Assembly: GCA_951812955.1 (NCBI GenBank)
Contig: OX638340.1
Coordinates: forward strand, 2,720,001 to 2,784,000
Length of the DNA stretch: 64,000 nucleotides
Direction of reading: 5' to 3'
From: an uncultured Gemmatimonadota bacterium
Lineage (GTDB): Bacteria; JAAXHH01
Part shown: positions 19,564-28,869 of the stretch, piece after piece
How positions within the stretch are numbered: position 1 is the stretch's first letter
Layout: the number at the start of each line of letters is the position of its first letter
Notes under the pieces: model-generated
Seen by the model: the letters and a program-made list of their open reading frames with translations, nothing else
Told to the model about the DNA's origin: nothing
Database searches by the model: none
Program-made: the position numbers and the translations under genes

Positions 19564-20404
19564 CTCCCAGCAGGTTGTTCCAGCATTTCCACCGTATCTG
19601 GCGTTCCTTGTAGTGATCGCTCTGCCCGACGCCGATCGGGTTGCCGAAAGACAGGACGTTCTTGGGGTCTTCCCGTTTCCCGCCCCAGGCGGTGGGTACG
19701 TTCATTACGTCGGGATCGTGGTTCCAGGTCGGCGCCTTGTTGTCCCGGACCCTTCTGAACAGGAACTTGATCATGTGGCGCTTGACCGGCGTGCGATTGG
19801 CCGCGGTGCCGTGCCAGAGGTCGTAGTGGGTCAGGGCAAAGGTCCCGGCCTTTAACACCATGGGCACCTGGCCGCGGATGTTGGTATAGGTGGCCATGCG
19901 GTCCGTCGGCGCGTTGCGGAACTGCGTGCCCGGGACGATGATGGTCGGACCCATCTCCGGTGTGATGTCGGTGGGGTAAAACAGCCCGAGCAGCCGGTCG
20001 ATACGCGTGTCCCGACTGTTGGTGCTGTCCTGGTGCCAGGACATGTGTCCGGTGTGCGGCTGCTTGCAATGCCAGTGCCGGTGTCCCATCACTTCGTAAT
20101 CCTCACCGAGCAGGCTGGCGAGCGCGCTTTTCACGGCGGGATGCTCGATCACCTGCCACAGGTCGGGGACGACTTCCGCGATGGCGTCGCCTGGATTGTA
20201 GTCCAGGCCGTCCAGCTGGCCGGCCATGCGCTCGTTGAGTCCCTCGGGAAGATCGAGTTCGAGCAGATGATAGCCGTTTACGATAAACTCGACCATCTCC
20301 AAATCGGTGAGCAGATGGGACATGTCTGTTCCATTTTCTCGCCGTTCCGCGTCGGCGGGCAGCGATTCCGCCCTCGACTCCGCTTGCAGTTGGTTCTTAT
20401 CCAT
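19541..20404 (-). CDS. PhyH-family Fe(II)/2-oxoglutarate dioxygenase.
   Basis: HWHCKQ...HQDS provides an HxD facial triad candidate, and the distal histidine is at HYDLWHGTAANRT. ATG at 20402-20404 (MDKNQ). Upstream in-frame sequence is low-complexity. Confidence 0.65.
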   Translation of the reverse strand: MDKNQLQAESRAESLPADAERRENGTDMSHLLTDLEMVEFIVNGYHLLELDLPEGLNERMAGQLDGLDYNPGDAIAEVVPDLWQVIEHPAVKSALASLLGEDYEVMGHRHWHCKQPHTGHMSWHQDSTNSRDTRIDRLLGLFYPTDITPEMGPTIIVPGTQFRNAPTDRMATYTNIRGQVPMVLKAGTFALTHYDLWHGTAANRTPVKRHMIKFLFRRVRDNKAPTWNHDPDVMNVPTAWGGKREDPKNVLSFGNPIGVGQSDHYKERQIRWKCWNNLLGVADAADA

Positions 20405-20696
20405 CCCGGACCTCCTCCAGTTTCTGCAAGATGAACTCGTATCCCACGACGTCCAGGTCCCTGTCGTCGATGGGCGCCTGTAGATGGGGAAACTGCACGA
20501 TCTGCCAGCCGTCGACGAGCGCGTCGTGCACGGTGTTGTAAGGCCAATCGGAGACATCCGCCGTGATTTCCGCCCTGTAGTCCCTGACCGGTTCTACAGG
20601 CGTATATCCCAGGATATCGGAGAAAACGCTGGGCGTCCGCGCATGCAGGTACAGCAGCCGCTGCCTGACGCCGGGATTTGAAGAGGAAGAAGACAT
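20397..20696 (-). CDS. Small hypothetical protein (~100 aa).
   Basis: ATG at 20694-20696 sits directly downstream of an AT-rich stretch and overlaps the dioxygenase start by 8 nt, suggesting a co-operonic arrangement. No recognisable motifs. Confidence 0.35.
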   Translation of the reverse strand: MSSSSSNPGVRQRLLYLHARTPSVFSDILGYTPVEPVRDYRAEITADVSDWPYNTVHDALVDGWQIVQFPHLQAPIDDRDLDVVGYEFILQKLEEVRDG

Positions 20697-21121
20697 ATCT
20701 ATGACGCGCTCTGCGCAAGACGTTTGGATCGCGTTACGTTCATATTGAAAAGAATAAGATAAGCGTCCGGGGTCTCCAGTCCAAGAGAATCGCATACGGG
20801 GATTAGACATCCAGCAAAGGAGTCAAGGCGCCACCCCGTTGGGGCCTGAAATTCACCTCAGAGGGAGACTACGATTGTTAATTGACAAACCGAATAATCC
20901 ATATTGGAATTAATCCATAAAATGATATATTTGGAAAATGAACCGAAGTCCGACATCATCCTGTCTTACGCTTGGAAAACAAAGCAATAACGGAATCCAT
21001 GTCACGCACCTTGATGGCGGATCTTCCACACCAGGTCCATGGCGTTCCGTTTCAGTCAAGACAGGGAAAGATGCTTTTATAGACAGGTACAGATGCTCTT
21101 TAACGAACTGAGGAGAGGCAA

Positions 21122-21844
21122 ATGGATGCACCGAGTGGAAGGCGCGAGACACGTTACGGGATACCAGAGGCTGATCAAGTGATATTCAATCGCCATTACA
21201 TTATTGGTTATTCCTACTATTTTCGCCAAGCCAAGTGGGCACTTGAAATTGTCGATCGTGATCATACCGGACTGGATCGGGCCGATAACTTCCGTCCCGA
21301 TTACCGCGTGCCGGAGATGTTTCGCGCAGACCTCGCAGATTACACGGGATCCGGTTATGATAGAGGGCATCTGGTGGCAAGCGCCAATCAAAGGGAAGTG
21401 GAATTGCAAAACAGCGAAACCTTCTTGCTTTCCAATATGTCTCCACAAGTTCCGCGTTTTAACCGCGGAGTGTGGAAGGAACTTGAAGGCGCGGTAAGAG
21501 CGTTGAATGAACAGGAAAAAATACTGGAGACCTACGTCATTTGCGGTCCTCTTTTTCACTTTGACAAGGCGACCGAATTGATCGGGGCCGAAGATGACAA
21601 CGGCGTCACGCTCCCCATTCCCCACGCATACTTCAAGTCCATCCTGACCGAAAACAACCGGGGAACGTTGGATTTCTGGTCTTTCATCCTGCCCAACGAA
21701 GATATTGATAGGCCGCTTAAATCATTTCTCGTTCCGACGAGAAAAATCGAACAATATGCGGGCATCTACATCTGGAACCGCCTGCAAGGCACGTCCATAG
21801 CACGAAAAAAGAGAGTACAGAAAAGACGTATGTGGAGATTCTAA
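21122..21844 (+). CDS. DNA/RNA non-specific endonuclease (NUC1/Serratia-nuclease family).
   Basis: DRGHLVASANQ is the catalytic DRGH motif and SNMSPQ is the N of the Mg-binding site. No signal peptide. The gene and its flanks are visibly lower in GC than the surroundings. Confidence 0.8.
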   Translation: MDAPSGRRETRYGIPEADQVIFNRHYIIGYSYYFRQAKWALEIVDRDHTGLDRADNFRPDYRVPEMFRADLADYTGSGYDRGHLVASANQREVELQNSETFLLSNMSPQVPRFNRGVWKELEGAVRALNEQEKILETYVICGPLFHFDKATELIGAEDDNGVTLPIPHAYFKSILTENNRGTLDFWSFILPNEDIDRPLKSFLVPTRKIEQYAGIYIWNRLQGTSIARKKRVQKRRMWRF

Positions 21845-21935
21845 GTCAGCATCGATGTTGAATCTTGCGAGGCTGTCTGTGCAATCTATTCATCGCTTAT
21901 TGCTTTTCGCCTCAAGCGATTCACCACACCCTCCG

Positions 21936-22670
21936 TCACCCTCCCCTACCAGGCGGCCAGGTAGCGAAGTACTCCGGCGCCCAGCGCCTGGCGAGGTGGA
22001 AATCGTGTCGATGACAGGCCGCCAGGGGCGGCGCCGTCTCCGCGTCGATCCAGGCCTCGGCGCCTGCGAGTCCGGGAAATTCCAGGATCCAGGCGAACTC
22101 GCCGTGGGTACCGGCGCCCATCATTTGGAAGACCTCGCCATGTAAGAGTCCGTGGTCCAGGCTTACTTTCCGCATTCGACGCCATCGCGCTTCGTCGTGC
22201 GCCCCGGGGTCATCAAGACCCGCGCCTCGATGACGTCCGTCGAAGGCCAGCAGGACGATCGAAGCAGGGTTGGCTGAAAGGGGCGGGATCGCCCTCGGAT
22301 CTGCGCCCGGGACCACGAGGGGCTCGGGCTTTCGAGGCATCCAGGCCAGGGCCTCCGGCCGCCAGCGGCGGGCAAGGGTATAGTCGTAGAAGCCGTAGCG
22401 TCCGTATGGGGGTTCCGTTTCGGCCGACATCCAGGCCTCGGCGCCGGCGAGGTCCGGGAATTCGATGGTCCAGAACCGCTCCCAGTTCCCTCGGGGTCCC
22501 AATAGCCGATAACCGTGGATTCCGATCAGGCCGTAGCGTTCGGAGACCGAAAGCATCAGGTCGACGTGCAGACGCTCGTAGTCGGTCCGCCGGGTCTCGT
22601 CGAGTTGATGCCATTCCGGCAGGCGACCACCGCGAAAGAGTATGAACACGCTATCGTCCCGTCCGGTCAT
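21936..22670 (-). CDS. Hypothetical protein built from two homologous ~100-aa halves.
   Basis: The two internal repeats align (...FPDLAGAEAWMSAETEPPYGRYGFYDYTLARRWRPEALAWMP versus ...FPGLAGAEAWIDAETAPPLAACHRHDFHLARRWAPEYFATWP). ATG at 22668-22670. Confidence 0.5.
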   Translation of the reverse strand: MTGRDDSVFILFRGGRLPEWHQLDETRRTDYERLHVDLMLSVSERYGLIGIHGYRLLGPRGNWERFWTIEFPDLAGAEAWMSAETEPPYGRYGFYDYTLARRWRPEALAWMPRKPEPLVVPGADPRAIPPLSANPASIVLLAFDGRHRGAGLDDPGAHDEARWRRMRKVSLDHGLLHGEVFQMMGAGTHGEFAWILEFPGLAGAEAWIDAETAPPLAACHRHDFHLARRWAPEYFATWPPGRGG

Positions 22671-22794
22671 GAAAGCCTTCCTCTCGATTTGGCTTAAGAA
22701 CGGCGACAGTCCGCGGTTATCCCTCGGACCGGTCGGTACGTCAATAGTAAAACACGCGGACCGTCCTTCCCGCATCCACTGGAACGATGTCCCG

Positions 22795-23868
22795 TCAGCC
22801 ACCCATATCGGAGAACGTCCCGGCCTCCGGCAGTCCCGCCACGGTGCAGTTCACGCCTGCGACACGATTCGCGAGACGGGTTGCCCGGGCGGGGTCCTTC
22901 GAAGCCAGGTACTCGGTTACGAAGCCGGCGGCAAAGGCGTCCCCGCAGCCGGTGGTGTCGACCACGTCACGGACCGGCTCCGAAGGGATGGCAAAGGCCT
23001 TCGATTCGCGGTCTTCCCGGTAAACCGTGACAGGACCGAGGGGCCCCCGGGTAATAACGCATACCGAGGGACCGAGAGAAATCACGGACCGTCCGAAGGC
23101 GATGAAATCATCGACCGATTCCAACGTGCCGCCTGGTCCGCCTGGTCCAGTCGCATCAAACCGTCCGCGCAGTCCCCCCGGTTCGCCCGCATCCAAGGAT
23201 CCGCCCGTTCCGCCCGTTCCGCCTGTTTCCCCCGGTTCGCCCGCATCCAGCGATCCGCCCGTTCCGCCTGGCGCCGCCGCTTCGTTACCTGTACCGGCCA
23301 GCAGACGAGCCTCCACTTCGTTCATCTGAACGACGTCGAACATCTCGATCCATCGCCGCCAGTCCGTGGGTGCCCGTCTTCGCCGGTAGCCCTCCGCGTC
23401 GATACCCAGACAGAGGTTGTGCACATCCAGGTAACGCAACCCGGAGGCGCTGCCCCGTATCGTCTCCATGGTCTTCAGGCTGATATCGTCGCCTACGATG
23501 AAATTCACCAGCAGGGCGTCGAGATCAAGGAAAGGTTCGATCTGTTCGAGGGGAATGGGTCCGACATGGTTGGTCAGCTGCTCGACTTTCTCCATATTTT
23601 CGTCGTAACGTATCCGGTTTCGGCTGGTACCCGATGGGGAAAGGGAGATTCCGCGGGTGCTCACGGCGGGACGTGGATCCAGGATGGCGCGCATGGCGCC
23701 GTAACGCTCCGCTCCGATCCGGCTGATGGGATACAGTTCGTCCCCTTCGCTCACGAGGTCTGCCATTACGGTGGTGTTGTACAATATGCCGCCGAGGTCT
23801 TGAATCTGACGGCCGCCGGACATGAAGATGGTGTCGTGGTTGATGAGGCCTATGATGCCAACGCGCAT
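22795..23868 (-). CDS. PfkB/ribokinase-family sugar kinase with an internal Gly/Thr-rich repeat insertion; possibly an HldA/HldE-domain-I-like heptose-7-phosphate kinase, given the adjacent heptosyltransferase.
   Basis: DTTGCGDAFAAGF is the PfkB signature near the C-terminus. The inserted segment is AAAPGGTGGSLDAGEPGETGGTGGTGGSLDAGEPGG. Confidence 0.75.
   Translation of the reverse strand: MRVGIIGLINHDTIFMSGGRQIQDLGGILYNTTVMADLVSEGDELYPISRIGAERYGAMRAILDPRPAVSTRGISLSPSGTSRNRIRYDENMEKVEQLTNHVGPIPLEQIEPFLDLDALLVNFIVGDDISLKTMETIRGSASGLRYLDVHNLCLGIDAEGYRRRRAPTDWRRWIEMFDVVQMNEVEARLLAGTGNEAAAPGGTGGSLDAGEPGETGGTGGTGGSLDAGEPGGLRGRFDATGPGGPGGTLESVDDFIAFGRSVISLGPSVCVITRGPLGPVTVYREDRESKAFAIPSEPVRDVVDTTGCGDAFAAGFVTEYLASKDPARATRLANRVAGVNCTVAGLPEAGTFSDMGG
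23150..23290. repeat. Imperfect tandem DNA repeat (~60-bp unit, ccggttcgcccgcatccaRSgatccgcccgttccgcc...) encoding the Gly-rich insert of the PfkB kinase.
   Basis: Read directly. Two near-identical units. Confidence 0.6.
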
Positions 23869-23880
23869 GTGTTTTCCGAA

Positions 23881-24918
23881 TCAGTCTGTGACAGGGGGTA
23901 CAGGTTTCCCGAGATAGACGGCCACGGCTTCGACCACCTGCTCCGCGGTGATGCCGCGCATGCAGTCGTGGGTCCCGATGGGACAGCGATTTCCGCCATG
24001 GGAACTGCACGGCCGGCAGTCCAGTGGCGTCTCGACGACCCGGTGCCCGTGTCCGTAAGGGACAAAGCCAAATGCGGGTACCGTCGGTCCGAAGACGGCT
24101 ACAACCGGCGTGTTCATGGCGGCGGCCACGTGGCCCATTCCGGTGTCGTTCGATACCACGGCGGAGCAACGGGCGGCGAGCGCTGCCGATTGCAGCAGGG
24201 TCAGCAGTCCGGCCGTATTTATCGGATCGACGCCGGACTCGGCGGCGATTTCGGCGCAAAGTGGCCGGTCCTCGGCACTGCCGAAGAGCACGGCACGGTA
24301 CCCGTATGTTTCGGCGAGACGGCGGATCAACTTCGCGAAACGGCCAGGCAGCCATTGCTTGGTCGCCCAGACCGATCCGGGACTCACCCCGCAAATATGT
24401 TCGGACGGTGCAATACCCGATTCCCGCATCAGCGAATCCACCCTTTCCCTGTCGTGGTCATCCGGGTAAAGGGCGGGGTGTATCCCGGCCGTATCCACCT
24501 CCCATGAAGCGAGAAGAGAGAGGTTACGCTCGACTTCGTGGACGGCCCGGTAGTGGACCCGGTCCGTAAGGAGCATCCTGCCCGCGCTCCGATCGAAACC
24601 CACCCGGACGGGTACGCCGGCCAGGTAAGCCAGCAGCGCGCTACGGAACGACCGGTGGGGGATCAACGCCGCGTCGAAGGAAGCGCCACGCAACCCGTGG
24701 GCAAGGCGAAGCAGTTCCAGGGGTCCTTTTTGCAGGCCTTTCTTGTCGTAAATGACGATGTCGTCGACGTGGGGATTGTTCCGAAGCAGATTCGCCGTTT
24801 CGGGCCGCACTACGGCTCCGACGCGGCCGGCGCCCAGCCGCGTCCTGGCCGCTTCGATCAAAGGGGTGGACAGCACGAGGTCGCCCACGAATGCGGTTTG
24901 TATGACGAGAATGCTCAA
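23881..24918 (-). CDS. Glycosyltransferase family 9 (ADP-heptose:LPS heptosyltransferase-like).
   Basis: Starts MSILVIQTAFVGDLVLSTPLIEA. A GT9 C-terminal nucleotide-binding region is present (NDTGMGHVAAAMNTPVVAVFG). Confidence 0.8.
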   Translation of the reverse strand: MSILVIQTAFVGDLVLSTPLIEAARTRLGAGRVGAVVRPETANLLRNNPHVDDIVIYDKKGLQKGPLELLRLAHGLRGASFDAALIPHRSFRSALLAYLAGVPVRVGFDRSAGRMLLTDRVHYRAVHEVERNLSLLASWEVDTAGIHPALYPDDHDRERVDSLMRESGIAPSEHICGVSPGSVWATKQWLPGRFAKLIRRLAETYGYRAVLFGSAEDRPLCAEIAAESGVDPINTAGLLTLLQSAALAARCSAVVSNDTGMGHVAAAMNTPVVAVFGPTVPAFGFVPYGHGHRVVETPLDCRPCSSHGGNRCPIGTHDCMRGITAEQVVEAVAVYLGKPVPPVTD

Positions 24919-24962
24919 CCCGTTGGGATCCCTGGTCGAAACGCGGACTCAAAGGCGCGCGA

Positions 24963-25628
24963 TTACTTCCTGAGCGAATTCAACAACGCCTGGAACTCGC
25001 CTTCCGCGCTCAGGACGGTCTTTTCCGGTCCGGTGAGTTTGAGGAATACGTTGCCTTCCGGCGCTTCGATGATGGCGCCGAGCATCTTGTAGCCCGGTTT
25101 TTTCGCGGTGCCGGACTGGAACATGGGGCCCATGGAGGCGAGGTACGTACCCGCCAGGGACACCGTGGTCACGGCCAGATCGTTTATGTTCGACTTCCGC
25201 TCGGCCGGTGAGGACGGTCCACCGGATTCCGTCTCGAACTGGTCCTTCCATCGCTGCAGGTTCAGGTCAACGCTGCCTCCCTGTCCCTGGCCGAAAAAGA
25301 ACACGGCGCATTCACCGGGTTCGTCGTCCCCTTGGGCCATCGGAATCAGATAGGTCGCCACGCGCATCATTCGGGGAGGTTGCGGTTCCCATCGCGAGGG
25401 CACGGTCCAGGCGACGCCCGCGGCTTCGCCCGACGTCGTATTCTCCTGGGCATTCATCGTCGCGGGGACGTCCGCTCTCTCAGCGACGGCGGGAATCGTA
25501 GCCGGTGGTGGGGGATCGGCCGGCGGTTGCTGCGACCGCGGATCGGATTGTTCTCCACCGTTTCCGCAGGCCGTTGAGATTCCGAACAGCATAACGGCGG
25601 TAATAGCAACGAGGGGATGGCGTGGCAT
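24963..25628 (-). CDS. Hypothetical lipoprotein.
   Basis: ATG at 25626-25628 gives MPRHPLVAITAVMLFGISTAC (lipobox ISTAC), followed by a Pro-rich linker. Confidence 0.5.
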   Translation of the reverse strand: MPRHPLVAITAVMLFGISTACGNGGEQSDPRSQQPPADPPPPATIPAVAERADVPATMNAQENTTSGEAAGVAWTVPSRWEPQPPRMMRVATYLIPMAQGDDEPGECAVFFFGQGQGGSVDLNLQRWKDQFETESGGPSSPAERKSNINDLAVTTVSLAGTYLASMGPMFQSGTAKKPGYKMLGAIIEAPEGNVFLKLTGPEKTVLSAEGEFQALLNSLRK

Positions 25629-25642
25629 GTAACAGGTCTCCT

Positions 25643-26548
25643 TTACTGTACGTGATTTGAATCCGCGGGCGCCGGGGTCTTCCACCGCCGGTGTACCCAG
25701 AACCAGTGATCGGGATAATCCAGGATGTACCGGGCCAGCACGTCCGTGTACGCCTGTGTAATCCGTACGATATCGGCCGGTTCATCACCGGTCGAAATCG
25801 CTTCGATCGGGGTTTCGAAGCAGACCCGGTGGCGTTCCGGGCCGGATCGAATGATGAAACAGGGCACGATGGGCGCGCCCGTGCGCAGCGCGAAGAGTGC
25901 CGGTCCCTGGTAGGTGGACGCCCCTGATCCCAGAAACTCGACGAACACGCCGCTGGCGCCCGCGTCCTGGTCCGCAAGCAGCCCGACACATTCGTTTCGC
26001 CGCAGTGCCCTGAAGATCGCAGGCGGCGCGGAATCCATCGGGGTCACCGCCATGCCCAGTCGCTCGCGCCCCTCGTGCACCAGGCGGTCGACGGCGGGAT
26101 TGTGCAGCTTCTTCGCGACGACGGTAATGGGATAGCCGAGAAAGGCGACCGTCGCGCCAAGTAACTCCCAGTAACCGAAATGGCCGGTGACCAGGATGAC
26201 CCCGCGCCCCCCCTGGCGGGCACGTGCGACGTGTTCTTCTCCCGAGATCGCAAGCTGGTCCCGCAGGTCCGGCGTCCTCCCCGCGAGCAAGCGGGCGTGT
26301 TCCACGGCCGTCCGGCCCAATTGACGGTATACAGACCGGGCCGTGGCCTGGCGCCTGTCGCCATCCCCGGTTTCGCCGTAGATTCGGACCAGGTGCTCCA
26401 TGACCATCTTCTTCCGTATGCCGGTCACGTGAAAGACCAGGTCTCCCAGGATATCACCCACCCGCGTCGCCCGGACAGGAGACAACCGCCTTGTCAGCGA
26501 CATCAACAGCCGGAGTCCCGCGTATTCGGCCAGGTGCGAGAGTCTCAT
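25643..26548 (-). CDS. Lipid A biosynthesis acyltransferase (LpxL/HtrB lysophospholipid acyltransferase family).
   Basis: VTGHFGYWE is the HX4D/E acyltransferase motif of the LpxL family. Length and hydrophobic N-terminus fit. Confidence 0.7.
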   Translation of the reverse strand: MRLSHLAEYAGLRLLMSLTRRLSPVRATRVGDILGDLVFHVTGIRKKMVMEHLVRIYGETGDGDRRQATARSVYRQLGRTAVEHARLLAGRTPDLRDQLAISGEEHVARARQGGRGVILVTGHFGYWELLGATVAFLGYPITVVAKKLHNPAVDRLVHEGRERLGMAVTPMDSAPPAIFRALRRNECVGLLADQDAGASGVFVEFLGSGASTYQGPALFALRTGAPIVPCFIIRSGPERHRVCFETPIEAISTGDEPADIVRITQAYTDVLARYILDYPDHWFWVHRRWKTPAPADSNHVQ

Positions 26549-26636
26549 TCGAAAGGGACTCTCAATTGCGCACGATCACTCCGTTCGATATCACCGTCCT
26601 GTTCGGTGCCTGCAAGGTTCCGACGGTGGGTAGCGA

Positions 26637-27650
26637 TCATTCATCCCGCTCCCTGGACATGATCCACTCTTCATTCTTCCTTCGCCAGTCGTCTTCGTCC
26701 GTGCGCCAGTCGTTCACCTCTTCGCGCGCCCAGCGGCGCAGCGTTGCCTTCCTCCGTCTTCGGATCTGAATGAACGCGAGAAGACAAAGGACGCCGAACA
26801 GAGGTGCGACGACAAGGGTCAGGCTTTCACCGAGCAACATGCGCCAGCCGTAATTGCGTTCCATAAACGCCAGCCAGTCTCGCTCGAAACCCACGATACT
26901 CATTCCGAAGGCGTCGAAACAGGCCTGGTCGATGGAGCCGGTCCGCCTCAGGCTGTCGAACAGGGTGTGCAGTCCCGCTTCACCGTATCGCCGGAGTATG
27001 TACTGCACGGCGAGCGCGCTTTCCTGGTAGGCCAGTTGAGCCCGGTGTTCGGGGAACTTGTTCACGCCCTGGATCGCGCCCAGAGAGACCAGGTTCCCGG
27101 ATACGACGGCGACGACCAGGGACGCCCGGTCCCAGAATCCCCAGTCCCGCGCCATGTGCATCGCGAATCCCTCGTCCAGCCAGCGGGGAATGTCCGCGCC
27201 GCGAAGCGCGCTGTGCAACATCACGTGGGCCAGCTCGTGCACTACCAGTTCTTCGGAACCGTCATACGTACCGGTAATCCGGGGAGACTTGAGTACCATG
27301 AGCCTTCGGTGCGGAACGGCATAACCCGCGCCCCAATCAGGTATGGCGCCGGGTGTGTAGGTCAGGAAGGCTTCCTGCGTGGGGGCGATATGGACGTGAA
27401 TGGTATCGGCAGCGGGCAGGCCCAGCGTGGCGCGCAGATGAGGCGACGCCTCGCGCACGACGCCCAGCACGTGTTCCACGAAGGAGGAGTCGGCGGACTC
27501 GAAAGTAACACGAACGCCCATGTCGTTTCTCACGGACTGTTCAGCGCCGGCTCCGAGGCCCGGCAGCGACAAAAGCACTACGCAGGCCAATCCAAGGCAC
27601 CAGGATCGAAGACGGCCGGAATCGCGATGTGGCGCCTTGTCGACGGGCAT
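26637..27650 (-). CDS. Zinc metalloprotease (HExxH, MA-clan-like) with an N-terminal signal and a C-terminal TM anchor.
   Basis: VVHELAHVMLH motif and a C-terminal hydrophobic stretch (LTLVVAPLFGVLCLLAFI). The ATG at 27648-27650 gives MPVDKAPHRDSGRLRSWCLGLACVVLL. The ORF track's upstream extension overlaps mnmA in another frame and looks non-coding. Confidence 0.55.
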   Translation of the reverse strand: MPVDKAPHRDSGRLRSWCLGLACVVLLSLPGLGAGAEQSVRNDMGVRVTFESADSSFVEHVLGVVREASPHLRATLGLPAADTIHVHIAPTQEAFLTYTPGAIPDWGAGYAVPHRRLMVLKSPRITGTYDGSEELVVHELAHVMLHSALRGADIPRWLDEGFAMHMARDWGFWDRASLVVAVVSGNLVSLGAIQGVNKFPEHRAQLAYQESALAVQYILRRYGEAGLHTLFDSLRRTGSIDQACFDAFGMSIVGFERDWLAFMERNYGWRMLLGESLTLVVAPLFGVLCLLAFIQIRRRRKATLRRWAREEVNDWRTDEDDWRRKNEEWIMSRERDE

Positions 27651-27657
27651 AACAACC

Positions 27658-28869
27658 TCATTCGCGTATGATACCGCCTCCCAGGACCGTCTCGCCGTCG
27701 TAGAACACGACGGACTGTCCCGGTGTAACCGCCCGCTGAGGATATTCGAAAGCGACCTGCGCGACACCGGGCTCACAGGCCGTGATGACCGCGGGCGTTG
27801 CTTCCTGACGGTACCTGATCTTGGCCTGGCCGCGTACCTCGCCCACCGGGGTAACGGTGGACTGCCAGTTGACCCCGTCCGCGATGAGCCGGTCGCTGCG
27901 GAGATCCTCGTCCTCGCCCACCACGATCGTATTCGTATCGGGCTGGATGTCGACCACGTACACCGGATGTCCCGCGGCCAGGCCAAGTCCCTTCCGCTGT
28001 CCGATCGTGTAGAGCGGATGTCCCCGGTGTTCACCCAGGAAGCGGCCGTTCGTGTCCACGATCGGTCCCGGCCGTATGGGATCTTCAATGTCCAGCAGCC
28101 CTTCGTCCATTGTCACGGGGTGTTTCGCAGTCCACTCTTTGAGAAACCTCTCATGGCCCCTGTCCTGGATGAAGCAGATCTCGTAACTGTCCTTCTTGCC
28201 GGCCACCCGCGGTGCGAGACTTTCGGCGATATTCCGCGTCTGCGCCTTCGTGAGCATGCCGACGGGAAAGACGCTGCGCGCGAGCTCGTCCTGGGTCATC
28301 TCCCACAGGGCGTAGGATTGATCCTTATTTCCGTCCAGGCCCTGCTTCAGTACGTATCGGCCCGTGATTTCATCGATCGCCACCCGGGCATAGTGTCCGG
28401 TCGCCACGTAATCGGCGCCGAGCTCCGCGGCCCGGTCGAGCAGAACGCCGAACTTGACCTTGCTGTTGCAGGCCACGCAGGGATTGGGCGTGCGCCCCTG
28501 CATGTACTCGGACACGAAATTGGATATGACGCCCCGTTCGAACTCCTCGCGGAAATCCACCACGTAGTACGGGATATCGAGCCGGCCGGCCACAACCCGC
28601 GCGTCGTTCCGGTCCTCGACCGTGCAGCAGCCGTGCTCGAACCGCGCATTGCCGCCCACGCTGTCGTAGTCCCACAGGTGCATCGTGACGCCGATGACCT
28701 CGCAGCCGGCTTCCTTGAGCATCGCGGCCGCCACGGAGCTGTCCACGCCGCCGCTCATGGCCACCACGACCGTCGACCCTTTCGGCGGCAGCCGATTGAT
28801 GGACGGGTCGAAGGTTGATGCGGTGTCGAGTCCGCCGGGATCAGTAGGATTGGCGTTTGCCGGCTTCAT
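27658..28869 (-). CDS. mnmA: tRNA-specific 2-thiouridylase MnmA.
   Basis: PP-loop VVVAMSGGVDSSVAA, catalytic cysteines (NPCVACN..., CF) and full-length MnmA layout are present. ATG at 28867-28869 (MKPANAN). Confidence 0.9.
   Translation of the reverse strand: MKPANANPTDPGGLDTASTFDPSINRLPPKGSTVVVAMSGGVDSSVAAAMLKEAGCEVIGVTMHLWDYDSVGGNARFEHGCCTVEDRNDARVVAGRLDIPYYVVDFREEFERGVISNFVSEYMQGRTPNPCVACNSKVKFGVLLDRAAELGADYVATGHYARVAIDEITGRYVLKQGLDGNKDQSYALWEMTQDELARSVFPVGMLTKAQTRNIAESLAPRVAGKKDSYEICFIQDRGHERFLKEWTAKHPVTMDEGLLDIEDPIRPGPIVDTNGRFLGEHRGHPLYTIGQRKGLGLAAGHPVYVVDIQPDTNTIVVGEDEDLRSDRLIADGVNWQSTVTPVGEVRGQAKIRYRQEATPAVITACEPGVAQVAFEYPQRAVTPGQSVVFYDGETVLGGGIIRE

Noticed and set aside
22642-24507. 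621-aa plus-strand ORF.
   Set aside because: Antisense to the PfkB kinase and GT9 genes, both of which carry family signatures.
21936-24507. Possibility that the repeat-rich segment (Gly-rich insert, duplicated protein) is a mobile element.
   Set aside because: No transposase, integrase or terminal inverted repeats were seen. The repeats are intragenic and in frame.
26637-28088. Full 483-aa extent of the metalloprotease ORF.
   Set aside because: The N-terminal ~145 codons overlap mnmA in another frame and read as Arg/Ser/Trp-rich nonsense. The gene was trimmed to the ATG at 27650 that gives a proper signal peptide.
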